A stretch of 64,000 nucleotides of DNA, from the NCBI GenBank assembly GCA_013239625.1, contig MU054098.1, forward strand, positions 2,295,104-2,359,103, in the 5' to 3' direction. Position 1 is the first letter of the stretch, and every line of letters begins with the position of its first letter. The notes under the pieces were generated by a model. That model did not search any database, was not told the origin of the DNA, and saw only the letters and a list, made by a program, of their open reading frames with translations. The DNA comes from Lama guanicoe (lineage: Eukaryota). Made by a program: the position numbers and the translations under genes. This document shows, one piece after another, positions 46,601 to 58,385 of the stretch.

Positions 46601-49156
46601 CATTGAAATGTAATATATTAGAGCCAAGATCTTCATCATACATCTGTGAACACTTCAAGAGAAAGAGAACCTAGGACAAAATGAGCTCTACCTCTCTGAG
46701 TCACCCACAGACCCCCGGTTCCAGCCCACCTGGCCTTTTTGGTTTGGGCATATTAAGTTCCAAGTAGAATCCAGGAAGCAAAGCATAAAGATGGCTGTGA
46801 TATCTAGAGTGTTCCTGGATGGCTTCCCATTATAAAATTCTTAGGGAACAGCCCTATGCATTTTTAATTGGAGCTGTTTCTTTCTATTTATGTGGGCAAA
46901 TCGTATCAGTGATTTGAAAAAGAGAGAGAATAGAAATGAGCTTAATGAAGTGGTGAAAGCAGTTTGCAACACTCATCTCTTGCCCAGGAACCACTTCTAT
47001 GATATCCATCAGAGAAGGTACCAGAGGCAATTCCTATGACAAATAGCACAGAAGCAACCAGCTAGGATGACATGCTCACCTAGCCCAGGGGCCCATGCTT
47101 TGCACCTCAGGAGACAGGTGCCAAATCAGTAGCAGAAAAGAGGGAAACACTTGCCAACTGAAAGCCTCAGGATGGCTTAAAACCTTTTCTTATCTGTTAC
47201 TCCACACCAACCATGGAGGAATTCCACAGTTAGAGTCAATACTTTGAGCCGAAGCATTAACTCCAGAAGCTTACACTTAAAGTAAAGCATGGGAAGGGTA
47301 ACCTTTGAGCCCTCAATAACCAACTGTATGACTTTGGTTGAGGTCATTTCCATCTCTGGGCTCCAGGATCACCAAGGTAAAAATGAGGGGTTTAGACCAA
47401 GTCCCACCCAGCTCTGATTTTCTGTGCTTCTATATTTCTTCAGCCCAGAAGGGTACTCGTTATTAGCTAGTAGGTGCTATCTAATTTGCAAGGTTCAGAA
47501 TATGCAAATTGTGAGAGAGAGGAGGGGGAGAAAGATGTACAGAACAGGAGGTACTGTCTGGGGCCAAGTGTGGTAGGGGCACTAGAGCCAGGGGACTTGG
47601 GCAGCTATGGGACAGAGGCAGTAAGAAAATTAGGGTACCCACAGTTGTTGAAGCACAGAGTATACTAAATGACAAAAGTCACTTACTTTGTAATTTTGCA
47701 GTGCTCAGACTCCGTCCTCCAGATTCACACACAGACCCATGCATACACATAATCTCTCTCTCTCTCTCACTCTTTTTCACACATACACTCTGTCTCTCCA
47801 AATACACAATAGATTTTACCTTTTATTTCAGTGATCAACCTGGCATTGGAAGTTATAAAATAAATACTTCCCAAGCTCATGTTATCATAGCAGTACTTGT
47901 TAGGAGATTGAGTTTAGAGAAAAATGAGCTCATAGCTTAGGAGAAGAGTATTTTTAAATTGCTACCTTTTATTTAATAACGTGATTCCTAATAAGACACC
48001 TGAAACAATCTGGGTCAGGTAAGAAGGTATGAACCAGTTTATTTTAAACTCAGTTCATTTTAGGTAAATTGGATTGCACCTGAAGATGCTGTTTGTTTAT
48101 CTTTTATGACAAAGAGGGCAGCAGCTGATAGTATGGAAAAAGTTCCAGTTAAATCATCTCTAGATCTCGGATGGCAGAGAGCTCAGAGACTGAGCTTTCT
48201 CTCTGGGTGCCCTTTGGTTTATACTCACTTTCCATGCTTCAGTGGATCTCATTTTCATAAGGTTCAAAGACACATTTTTTTAATTAAAATGCTTACAACT
48301 TCTCCAAGTAAATCCTTTGAAATCGAAGTGCACCTGTTCTTCTCTTAGGCATTGGGGCAGTTTTTAAAAAATAAAGCTGTATATCTGCCTTAAAATGAAA
48401 AGCTATTTCATGCTGGCTTATCATCACCAGGTATTTGAGGGATAGGGGCTGGGAGATATGGCTGTAAATCTTTCGTAAGTAGAGTGCCAGCCTGCAAGGT
48501 CAATATGGAGTCATTTCTAATCCTTTATTCTCCATTCTAACACATACATCCACACACATTAAATATTGTCTATGTAAGTGTGAAAAATTATCACAGATAG
48601 TCAAAACTAATCCAATCCATAACTTGGTTAGATCAAGACTTAATTTATTTACTCTGAACATTGTGAATATTGAAAAATTCCCTTCATAATCCAGAGGTGT
48701 TCAAATAGCCTAATGTGTAGTGTTAGGTTTTGCAGGATACAAACAGGGCCCACATAACAAATAAAGAACATCTTTCATCTTTCTATAGATGGTCTTTGAA
48801 GGAAGGAAGAAGAGGAGGATGAAAAGAGAGGAGGGAATGAGCAGAGGAAAGGTGGTGAGGACAGAAAAGACAGAAAGAGCTTGATGTTGGTCAAAGTGCC
48901 AAGAAACAAAGATCTAACAACTTGACTTTTTTTTAAAGAAAATAATATGATCTTTTTATATTCTAAAAGTAAGTAAAAATGGACAGAATTAAAAGTTCAG
49001 CAGTACAGGCACTTCTAAAATACTTCCCTTTTCTCATTTAAGGAGCATCCCTAAATGGAGATCTGTAGCTGAAGGTAGTCTTTATGAGGATTTGTTAGAT
49101 GTAACACACTTAAGAGTGTCAAATACTTAGTAAATACTCAATATATGGTAGCTGCT

Positions 49157-49205
49157 ATTATCATCATCATAGTCAGCATCACAGCCATCATCATCATCAT
49201 CATTA
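49157..49205. repeat. imperfect (CAT)n at a MIR tail
   Basis: attatcatcatcatagtcagcatcacagccatcatcatcatcatcatt. Confidence 0.8.
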
Positions 49206-50030
49206 CATTTTTGCTAAGATAAAAATTTTACGTGGAAAACCATTCCTCCCTCATTGTTTTTTAAATATATCCTCAAAATACTTTAAATGTCAGGTTTATG
49301 TTCCTAACTACGCATATAAAATGGGATCATCTCCTAAATTGTGACCTGTGAGCTAAATAAAAATAAGTTGCATGTCTCATCTTTTCCCTCTGGGGGCTAA
49401 ATGTTTCCCACTCCTCATAACAACCATTTTGAAGACCAATTACATTTTTCTTTTGTGACTTAAAAAAATTTTTGCCACACAGACATAACAGTGCTTCTGG
49501 TTAATCTTTCTCCTGGGAGATCTGCATACAGAGAGCAAATTATCAATTATTGTATCAGCAAATAACTCCAGTGAAGCCTCCATCTGCATATGGCACTACT
49601 CTAGACACTGTATACAAACAATACAGCAATGCAATCTCTGCTCTGTGAACACTAAGAGAAGTCACACCCCCAGACATAAGCGATATACAGGCTAGGTCTA
49701 CTTAACATTTCCACTCATCTGCTGGCCAGTCAATTCAGCCAGAGAGCTTATTCTTAATCCCATGCAGTTATAGCTACAATCAAGCAAGCACAAGACTGAA
49801 TAAATCAACAACCACACAGCTTTGTTTCAGACCTCAAATTTTTAAGTCTATCCATGGGGTCTCCGTGATTACATGGGAGAAGATGGTAATGGGTTTAGGC
49901 AGGAGAGAATTATTTCTTCCTCTTACAGGAACATTAAAAGAACATTCCTCTCTGTTACCACAAGAAGGTCACATGTGAAAAAAAATTTGATCATGTGTGA
50001 ACCCACGAGCAAGCAATGGAATTTTGGTAT

Positions 50031-50457
50031 TGTATTAACGGTCTCCAGAGAAACAGAACCAACAGGATATATGTGTGTGTCTGTGGTGTATATGTGTGTT
50101 TGGAGGTGAGAGGGAGAGAGAGAGGAAGAGAGGAAGAGAGAGAGAGGCTTATTATGAGAGAGATTTATTATAAGAAATTGGCTCATACCATTATGGAAGC
50201 TGAGAAATCCAGACCTGGAAAAGCCAAGTTTGAAGACAGGAGACCAATGTCCAGCTGAAGACAATGAGGTAGAGAGAAAGTATTCTTTCATACTCAACCC
50301 ACCCACATTGGGAAGGGCAATCTGCTTTACTCAGTCTACCAATTCAAGTGTTAGTCTCATCCAAAACACCCTCATAGACACGATCAGAAACAATGTTAAT
50401 CAAATATCTAGGCACCCCATGGCCCAATCAAGCTGACATATAAAATAAACCATCACA
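50031..50457 (-). mobile_element. ERVL solo LTR, MLT2-like
   Basis: ctccagagaaacagaaccaacaggatatatg...gagatttattataagaaattggctca...gacatataaaataaaccatcaca. Confidence 0.9.
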
Positions 50458-52084
50458 GGATCTAAGGGTTGATCAAGATAGATGAAGGAGTAAGCTGCTC
50501 ACATGCTCACACACTTACCTTCATTCACCATCTACCCAAATCTTTATTCACTGGCATCAGTAATAACCCAAGGTTTGTCACCTATCAGCACTTTCTGTTT
50601 CCCCCTGCAAGTGTCCATAAACAGATTATTTAAGGTTAGGAGAGTGAGAAGAGAAGACTGTTTCTTTAAACCACTCATTAACCTTACTCCGACTGGCTGC
50701 ACCGAGAACCACTGAATATCTTGACTTCATTTCTCTCCCCAGCCACTTGATAATACTGGGCTCTGGTTAATGCCTTAAAGACAAAGGGCAGTTCAGCCTA
50801 GAAGGGATGCTCCCAGGACTTTAAAAATAAGCCTGTGCCAGCAATAGGCTATCATATCAGGCAGGATAAAATTAGACTGCCTTTATCTCATTTTATAGTA
50901 TCATTCTATTGCTATCATATAGCTAACTTCAGTTCTTATTCATGACTCCACTTCCGATATTAACTCTGCACAGCTAAAAATACCCTCCTGACCTGCAAAG
51001 GATTGCTTTGAAGAGCAAATAAAATAAAGCACCCAATAAGCACTCATTGATGTTTGGCCCTTAAACTCTCTACTTGATTTGGGTCTGGCTTTGACTACAC
51101 TTGAATCCATTTTTAATTTGGTGTCACTCTCCACATTCAAAGGATGGACCACTATTGGACTATAGCAGAGAACCTTTATAGAAATATATTGAAGACTCTG
51201 GTTCCACCTTTTCTTCTTCTTCCCTTTCCCAATGCCAGAATTCCTTCTCCAAACAGCCTGGCTCCTCCAGGAGCTATAAGAATGATAGGGTATATGAGAC
51301 ACTGTGTTCAAAATAGGCATTCTCCTAACAGATGGTGCAGAATGGTGAGTTGAAGGGAGAAAGCCATTGTTAGGCAACATTTCAAACAACAAAAATAAGT
51401 TGTGGGGGCTTGGGGAGGAAATTGTGTTTTGGTTCAAAGCAGCAAATTACCTAGATGGCTTACTGTATCTGACAATCTAAGAATATCAAACTATCCACTG
51501 AAAATCTGGCTACCTAAGCTGCTTTTCCCAACTGCACATTATTTGCTCAACAAATTTTCTGCTTGCAAGTCTCTGAGAGGAAATTTCAAAATGCTCTTTT
51601 CACCACTAAAGAAAAATAGATATATTTTTAAATGACTATAGAAAGGATCTGCAGAAGGAAATACCAAATTTCCCTGAAACTTGGAAGTTTCTCATGGAAA
51701 TAATTACAGCTATCTACAGAAAACAATGTCGTCCACTAATATTGATTAAACATGATAACCTAGATAAATCACCACCAACAATAGTATAAAATATGTATTA
51801 TCTCATCTAGAACCTCAAAGATTTAAAGACACTTAATGCCTTTCTCACAGATGGGGAAGAATATTGGTCAAATCTGTTTACATAAGGAATTGGTCACAAA
51901 TGATAGATGTGGGAGACCGAATTCTCTGTAAGACCAGCTTTCATGGCTGGAGGGAACCAACTCAACTCAAGGTCAATTGAATCCTCAAATATTACTGTTA
52001 TGGCCAAACCATAATAATCACTGGTCATTGAGCAGATTCCAAGCTGTCTTCTGGTATAGATCCACCTTATCTTGAACAGTGAAA

Positions 52085-52320
52085 TGGCATGATATAGTGG
52101 AAAGAACATGGGCTTTGGCATTGGACCTGAGTTTAATTTCTGCTTCAGGCATTCACTAGCTGTGGGGCATTCAGCAAATTATAAAACATTTCTCTTCATG
52201 TCCCTCATCTATAATACAGATAATCTTATTTATCTTCAAAGGATTGTTTTTTGTGGAGCAAATGAAACAAAACACTCAATGAGCCTGGCACCATGTTACG
52301 TGTCCAATAAATGATAACTT
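52085..52320 (+). mobile_element. MIR SINE
   Basis: tatagtggaaagaacatgggctttggca...ccctcatctataatacagataat. Confidence 0.85.
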
Positions 52321-52334
52321 AAAAAATGAGGGGG

Positions 52335-52560
52335 GGCATGCTACAACATGGATGAACCTTGAAAACATAATGCTAAATGAAAGAAGCCAGTAACAAAGGA
52401 TCATATGCTGTATGATTCCATTTATGTGAAATGTCCAGAAGAGGCAAATCAATAGAGACAGAAAGTCGATTGGTGGTTACCTAGGGCTGGGGATAGGGAG
52501 GGGGGAAATAAGAAATGACTGTTAATGGGTGCAGGGTTTTCTTTGAGATGATGAAAATCT
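52335..52560 (+). mobile_element. L1MB-type 3' UTR fragment
   Basis: catgctacaacatggatgaaccttgaaaacataatgctaaatgaaagaagccag...gagacagaaagtcgattggtggttacc. Confidence 0.9.
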
Positions 52561-53340
52561 CAGTCTTTTAAATGCTATATTTAGATCATTTATATTTAAA
52601 GTAATTATTCATATGTAGGGATTAAGTCTGATATTTTATTGTTCATTTTCCATTTGTTTGTTCTACTTCTTTTTCCTCTGTTTCCCTCTCAAGGCCTTCT
52701 TTTGGTCACGTGAACATTTATCAGCATTCCATTTTGATTTATATTTAATGTATTTGAATTTTATAATTTATCTTCATAGTGGTTGCTCTAGGTGTTACAA
52801 TATATATGCTGAATACATCTGAGTCTGCTTGTACCAATGTTTTACCACTTTAAGTGAAAAAGATTTACATCCATTTAAGTCCCTTTATTCTCCCCACTGT
52901 TAAAATATAAGTATCTGAAGTATTTCCTCTATATATATTAGGCACCACAATCAGATATTATAATTTTTGCTGCAACTATCAATTAAAAACTTGATGAGGA
53001 GGAGGCAAGTCTATTATATTTACCCTTATTTTTACACATTCCTTATTTTCTTCCTTTCTGAAGCCCCAGCCTTCTTTTGTTATCATTTTATTTCTGTTTA
53101 GGAAACTTCCCTTAGCCATTCTTTAAGGGTAGGTATGTTGGTAACAAATTCTTAATTTTTAATTTGTGACTGTTTTACTTTCCCCTTTATTCCAGTATTT
53201 TTGATGTATATAGGATTTGGTGTTGACAGTTCCTCTGGCTTACATGGCTTCAGACAATATAAATTCACTGACGTTTGTTATCATTGGTCCCCTATAGGTA
53301 ATTTGTTGTTTCTCTCTAGCCTCTTTCAAGATATTTTCAC
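52560..53340 (-). mobile_element. old L1 fragment
   Basis: atttagatcatttatatttaaagtaattatt...ttagccattctttaagggtaggtatgttggtaacaaattctt. Confidence 0.75.
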
Positions 53341-53344
53341 ATTC

Positions 53345-53495
53345 CATTTCAAAGCCAGCAATGGTGTCACTCCAACCTCTGCTTCTGTCATTATATTGCC
53401 TTCTTCTGCTTTTGATCCTCTGACTCTCTTTTATAAGGACCTCCTTAATTATATTGGCCCAACCTAGGTACTCTAGGATAATTTCTCCATCTTAA
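53345..53495 (-). mobile_element. MaLR LTR fragment (MLT1C-like)
   Basis: ttcaaagccagcaatgg...cactccaacctctgcttctgtc...cttttataaggacc...tattggcccaacctagg. Confidence 0.7.
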
Positions 53496-53550
53496 GGATA
53501 ATTTCCCCATCGCTAGGATAATTTCTCCATCTCTAGGATAATTTCTCCGT
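53471..53550. repeat. minisatellite, 4 x 20 bp (ctctaggataatttctccat)
   Basis: four adjacent units with a few substitutions each and no spacers. Confidence 0.95.
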
Positions 53551-53759
53551 TATTCTGCTGTGCATCTTTATCCACCTCATGGTCTGGACTCCCAGTTCAA
53601 AATTTATCTCTGGTGTCTACTGATTCCTGGTATTGACCTTGGTTTGAGTGTGGACAGTGTGAATTTCTCTATCTTTTGGTTACTCTGGAAGGGTAATATA
53701 TATAAGTGCATACATAGAGTAGTGAGGAGTCTCTGTACCATGGAGAGGGGAAGGGAAGG

Positions 53760-53880
53760 ACATTTAATCCTCACAATGAACTTATAAGGTAGATACTATT
53801 AATCCCATTTTGTAAATGAGGAAACAGGCTCATAGAGGTTACATCACCAATTTAGATCACACAGATAGTAAGTGACAAAC
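53760..53880 (-). mobile_element. MIR fragment
   Basis: catttaatcctcacaatgaacttataaggtagatactattaatcccattttgtaaatgaggaaacaggctc. Confidence 0.88.
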
Positions 53881-55964
53881 CATAATTGAGAGAATGCTGT
53901 TGTAACACTGGGTTCCCTGAACCAATTTATCAAAATTAGGCAAAAATAACCTGCTAGGTGAGCTGCTAGGTTCATTCAAATCACTCTCTTCCCTCCATGG
54001 CACTTGGGCCAACTTTGCAGTTTAAACTGCTTCACACTTTTCCTCCTCTCTTCATCTCTTTCCCACACTGCCTCCAAAGCAATAGCTTTCTCCATTGCCA
54101 GAAACATTTGGTAAAGCCTGGGGTGCGTGACTCTATATGAGTACTTGTAAGGAGATTTTCCACAAACATTTACAGCTCTAAAATGGATCATTTCCTCAGT
54201 CTTATTTGTGAGTAGACTCTTGAGAGCTGAGATTTCCCAATATGCTACTGATAATATTTCCCAGATTTAAACAGCCAAGGACAGAGTGGGAGCAAGTCAG
54301 AATCCTCACCTCGGGAATGGCTCCTTCCTTGATGCATCAATAAAGCCAGTCTGCTGACCTTCTGGGAAGGGTGCCAGGCTCAACTTTTCAGTGAGACCTT
54401 GCTTAGACCTTATAGAGTTCTGAATTGGCTTGGCATTTTTATTAGATACAACTAATATTTATATTTTTGCTTAAGTCACAATAACTAAAAAGATATTGCC
54501 CAATAATTTGAGAAAAAATGTTTTGGAGCTCTGAGACTCAATTCTACGACAGGCTGTGTGGCCAAACCCTGCCTTCACAAAAGACACAGTCAGGTACAAT
54601 CTGCCTTTAAGGCAAACAACAATCCTGGCAGTGAAGCCAATTACAGGGGTTGCTTTGGGCCAAAACCAAAGGAACACAGCTGTTATGAAGCACTAAGTCA
54701 TTCTGGGAACTTAGCAGAGGTATCCTAGAACTTAAGACCCAGATAGTGAAGTCCACTCTCCCTTACTGAGTTGGCTGCGGGCTCAGGTTTGACTGACATT
54801 TAGGATGTACTCATGTCACTTGCTGCTAATAAGACTGTATTCTGGCCTAGGGTAGCTATTTATCATTTGTCCTTGACTGAGTCCGCTAATATAAGATAGC
54901 TGTGGAGGGCAAGTGGTAAGTATTAAAAAAGGCAAAACTGAACTTCTATTCATTCAAGTTTGATACCATCTGTGGCAAATAATTCTATAAGCAGACCTTT
55001 ATAACATTTTTTTGGTTTTGCTGCCAGAAACAACTTGGAGTAGAACAAGGGAAGGAAAGGTACCTGAATCCTGCAAACAGGTAAGTCTGAATCATAAGCT
55101 CCAAAAGCAGAAGCCCCAAACACATCTAAGAAGCCAGGCCTACCCTGCCACTTGATAAATACTAGCCAAACTCAAGGCCAAGGTGAATATAAGTGGTCAC
55201 CAGACCAGAATCATAAAACTCTATTGAGTACTACCCCGTTTTGTGCTCCATGAAGCACAAAGTGATCATAATGAAATTGTTTTAGAGATAAATCAAGCCA
55301 TCTAGGCTTAGATTTAATTGGAGGGAATGATGTTGATCCCACTTGCCTGAAGTAGAGATTCAAAATCTGATTTTTTGGAGTACAAAAAGGAACCCATCAA
55401 TCTGGCATCTCTTCAGCCAGTCATTTGTTCTGGCAATGGCTGAGGAAAAGGAGGAGTGAGTACAGGTGGGTGGGTGGGATTCAAGGATGACTCATGGTTT
55501 GCAGCCCTTGCCCCCAGTGCAGCCTGTGGAAATCACAAATCTTGGCAAGTTGACCACTAGTCCTGGAGCTGACTGTAACCATGGAGATATCACTCCTCTA
55601 TTTAGACCAAAAACCCAGGGGCTCCCAGTCCCTAGAATATATAGTACTAATGATGTTGTCACTGTAGTGGAGGGCCTCAGGGAATTCAACTATAACATGA
55701 ACCCAGGTTAGGTTTTCAGATGTACTAGTTTCTCTTTTCCATGGCTACATACTTGTGCAGGGCTGATGACCCCACAGAAGGAACAAAGGGATTAGTATAT
55801 ATAAGGTGACACTCTGGCCCTTAAGTTCCAGAAGATAAAGAGTTTATTGGTCAATAAACCAACCACATACTATTCGTTGCAGAAAGGTTTTGTTTTTGTT
55901 TTTAAGACAAGTCAGTACCTATATCATCTTGCCAAATAGTGCCAAAATAATGAGGGCCAAGGAA

Positions 55965-56165
55965 TTGGTACTTACTACATGTCCACTATGTGACAGGGTA
56001 CTATGCTGGCTTCTTTACCTCTGGTATCTCACTTAGTCCTCACTATGTATCTGTGTGGAGGGCATTATTAGCCCTGTGGACAGGGCAAAAACACTACAGC
56101 TCAGAAAGATCAGGTGAATTGCCTAAGGTCACACAGTCAGTAAGGGTTTTATCTGACTCCAAAGT
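55965..56165 (-). mobile_element. MIR SINE
   Basis: ggtgaattgcctaaggtcacacagtcagtaag...tctgactccaaagtc. Confidence 0.75.
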
Positions 56166-57374
56166 CAAAGTCAATGGATCATCATGACTGTTGAGAAAAA
56201 TCTTCCAAGAAAATAAAATCAAAGCTCTACAGTGATGATAGAAAGATTCAGAAAGTCCAACAACATTCTTTTTGCTGCTACTTCTTCAGTAACAAACAGT
56301 TGACTCCCTATGAGGCATCTAAGAGCTCAGTCATGCCCAGACTTGGAGTAGAAGACCCTCTCTTTGCCTCAAGGTCTATAATAGAGCTCAGCTCCAAAGT
56401 CAGTTGACTCTGGGCCACAGTGATGTGTTTCTGCTTCTTCTGAGTTCTCTCCAGTATGAAAAAGCTGCACCCCAAAAGACAGGTCCAACTCAGTTATAAC
56501 CACAGGAAAAATCAACTAACCACATTGAACAAGCTGAATGTTGTTGGCTGTTTTCTTGAGCTTCTTTTCTGCCACACATTCCCCTATGTTCACCATGACC
56601 TTTCTGTGAGTTCATACTCTGTTAGTAGGTACATGGTTGGTGAGTAACTCAGATGACCAGTGAGAAGAGGGAGTAAAGCCTGTTCTGCCCTCTACGCCCA
56701 CAAAGATACATTAATGTTGTTTGGAGTCAAAATGGGTGATCCAGTCTTACTGCACTGTTACTACTTCTTGGTTCCAAAGAAGCTGAGGACTGTATGACTG
56801 GCTGACCATCCTCCCTACTGCCTTATGAATAGTGGTAATGATGGCCATACTACCACCACAACCCCCTTTCCTTAGAATCAAGTCCAAAATAGGGTAAGAA
56901 TTTTAGGTCTTAGCTCAGTTTCCCTCAAGGAGTTGGGAAGGTGGGGATGAGGCTAGGAGATTAAGCCACAGGGAAAGCTCCTAGTCTCCTAAAATCTGTG
57001 ACCTGGATGGAGAAGGAGGAAAATCCCAGCTAATGGTTCAAGAAACAGGAAAAATGGAAATTTTCTTTCAAATTCAGGAAAGCCCACTCCAGTGTCCTCT
57101 GCCTTAACCAAATGAGCAAATTGAAAAACTAAAACTAAAAAGTTGATAGTAAAAGTGACTGAAAGTCATCTGGGCCTATGCCCAGATCTCTCAGTGTGGT
57201 ATCCCAGGGAAACATCTATATAATAACAATTGGCTCTCATTTCTAAATATATCTAAAGGCAACTGGTAGGTCCATTTGGGTGAGTTCATCACCAACAGTC
57301 AAATGAATTCAGGGAGTGCCTACATGATGCAAAAACACAGGAAAGTGGGTCTAGTTACTCCAAAAATTAATTGA

Positions 57375-57575
57375 ACAGACATGAAAACATTTGAATAGTC
57401 TTTCATGTCTATTATTTTCTTTTATTCTCACAATATCCCTGTAAGATAGATAGAGCAGGGACTCTAATTTGGATTTCACTGATGGAAAAACAGGCTCAAA
57501 GAGACCTAACTTGCCAACTATCACCCAAGGAGGTGATGGTAGCACTCAGACTAGAGCCCAAATGTCCTGATTTCT
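57375..57575 (-). mobile_element. MIR SINE
   Basis: ttcactgatggaaaaacaggctcaaagagacctaacttgcc. Confidence 0.7.
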
Positions 57576-57851
57576 GTGAAGATACCAGATGTGACCCCTT
57601 TGCTGAGTGCACTTGTGCTACTACCTGCCTTAGTTGACATGTCTGGGCTTTATCTCTTGCACCTGAACTTAAGTTACCTGTTTTCTGTTCCTGTAACCTT
57701 GCCAGCATTCCATTGGTCCACTGGAATTACAATACCTGCCAATTCCAAGTTCAATTACCTAGGCTTCCAGTTTTAGTTTTCCCTGTCCGTTGCCACTGAT
57801 ATATATTCTTGACCTCTATCCCCATGTAATAACCAGAAATTGCTTTTAAGA

Positions 57852-58280
57852 AGGCAGTGGAGCATAGCAGTCAAAGTGCATGTGCTTTGGAGTTTGACTG
57901 TCAGGGCTTAAAATATTGGCCCTACCACTTATTCCTCATGTGACTTTAGCAACTTGCATAACCCCTCTTAGTCTCAGTCTCCTTATCTGTGAAATGGGAA
58001 TAAGAATAATACTTATAGGGTTTTGTATCATATGAGATAAGACAAAGACCTGATCACAGTAACATATGTGATAGAATAAAAGCTTTGACTCTTGAACTGG
58101 AGAAAACTAGGTTTACAGGTTTACTTCTGCCACTTGTGATCATGAACAAGTTGCTTAACCTCTCTGTGCATTAGTTTACTCATCTGTAAAATGGGGACAA
58201 TAAAAATACCTATCTAAGTAAAGTCACTGGGAGGATTTAAGAGAAAATAAATCTGCGGTAACTGGTACATATTCAATACT
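57852..58280 (+). mobile_element. two tandem MIRs (57852-58040, 58065-58280)
   Basis: gtctcagtctccttatctgtgaaatgggaataag; cttaacctctctgtgcattagtttactcatctgtaaaatgggg. Confidence 0.88.
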
Positions 58281-58314
58281 CAATAAATGGTAACTATTGT
58301 AATTATTTGTATTT

Positions 58315-58385
58315 TCAGCCTCAATGCCTGCCACAGTGCCTAACACATAATAGACACTCAGTAAATATTTAGGGAGTGGAAATGA
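58315..58385 (+). mobile_element. L2 3' tip
   Basis: cacagtgcctaacacataatagacactcagtaaatattt. Confidence 0.7.

Noticed and set aside
50940..51437. 165-aa minus ORF in unique sequence
   Set aside because: Non-ATG start, no recognisable domain, composition not protein-like; an ORF this long can occur by chance in 64 kb
53471..53550. Short direct repeats reminiscent of a CRISPR array
   Set aside because: No spacers, derived from a MaLR LTR, eukaryotic context, no cas genes
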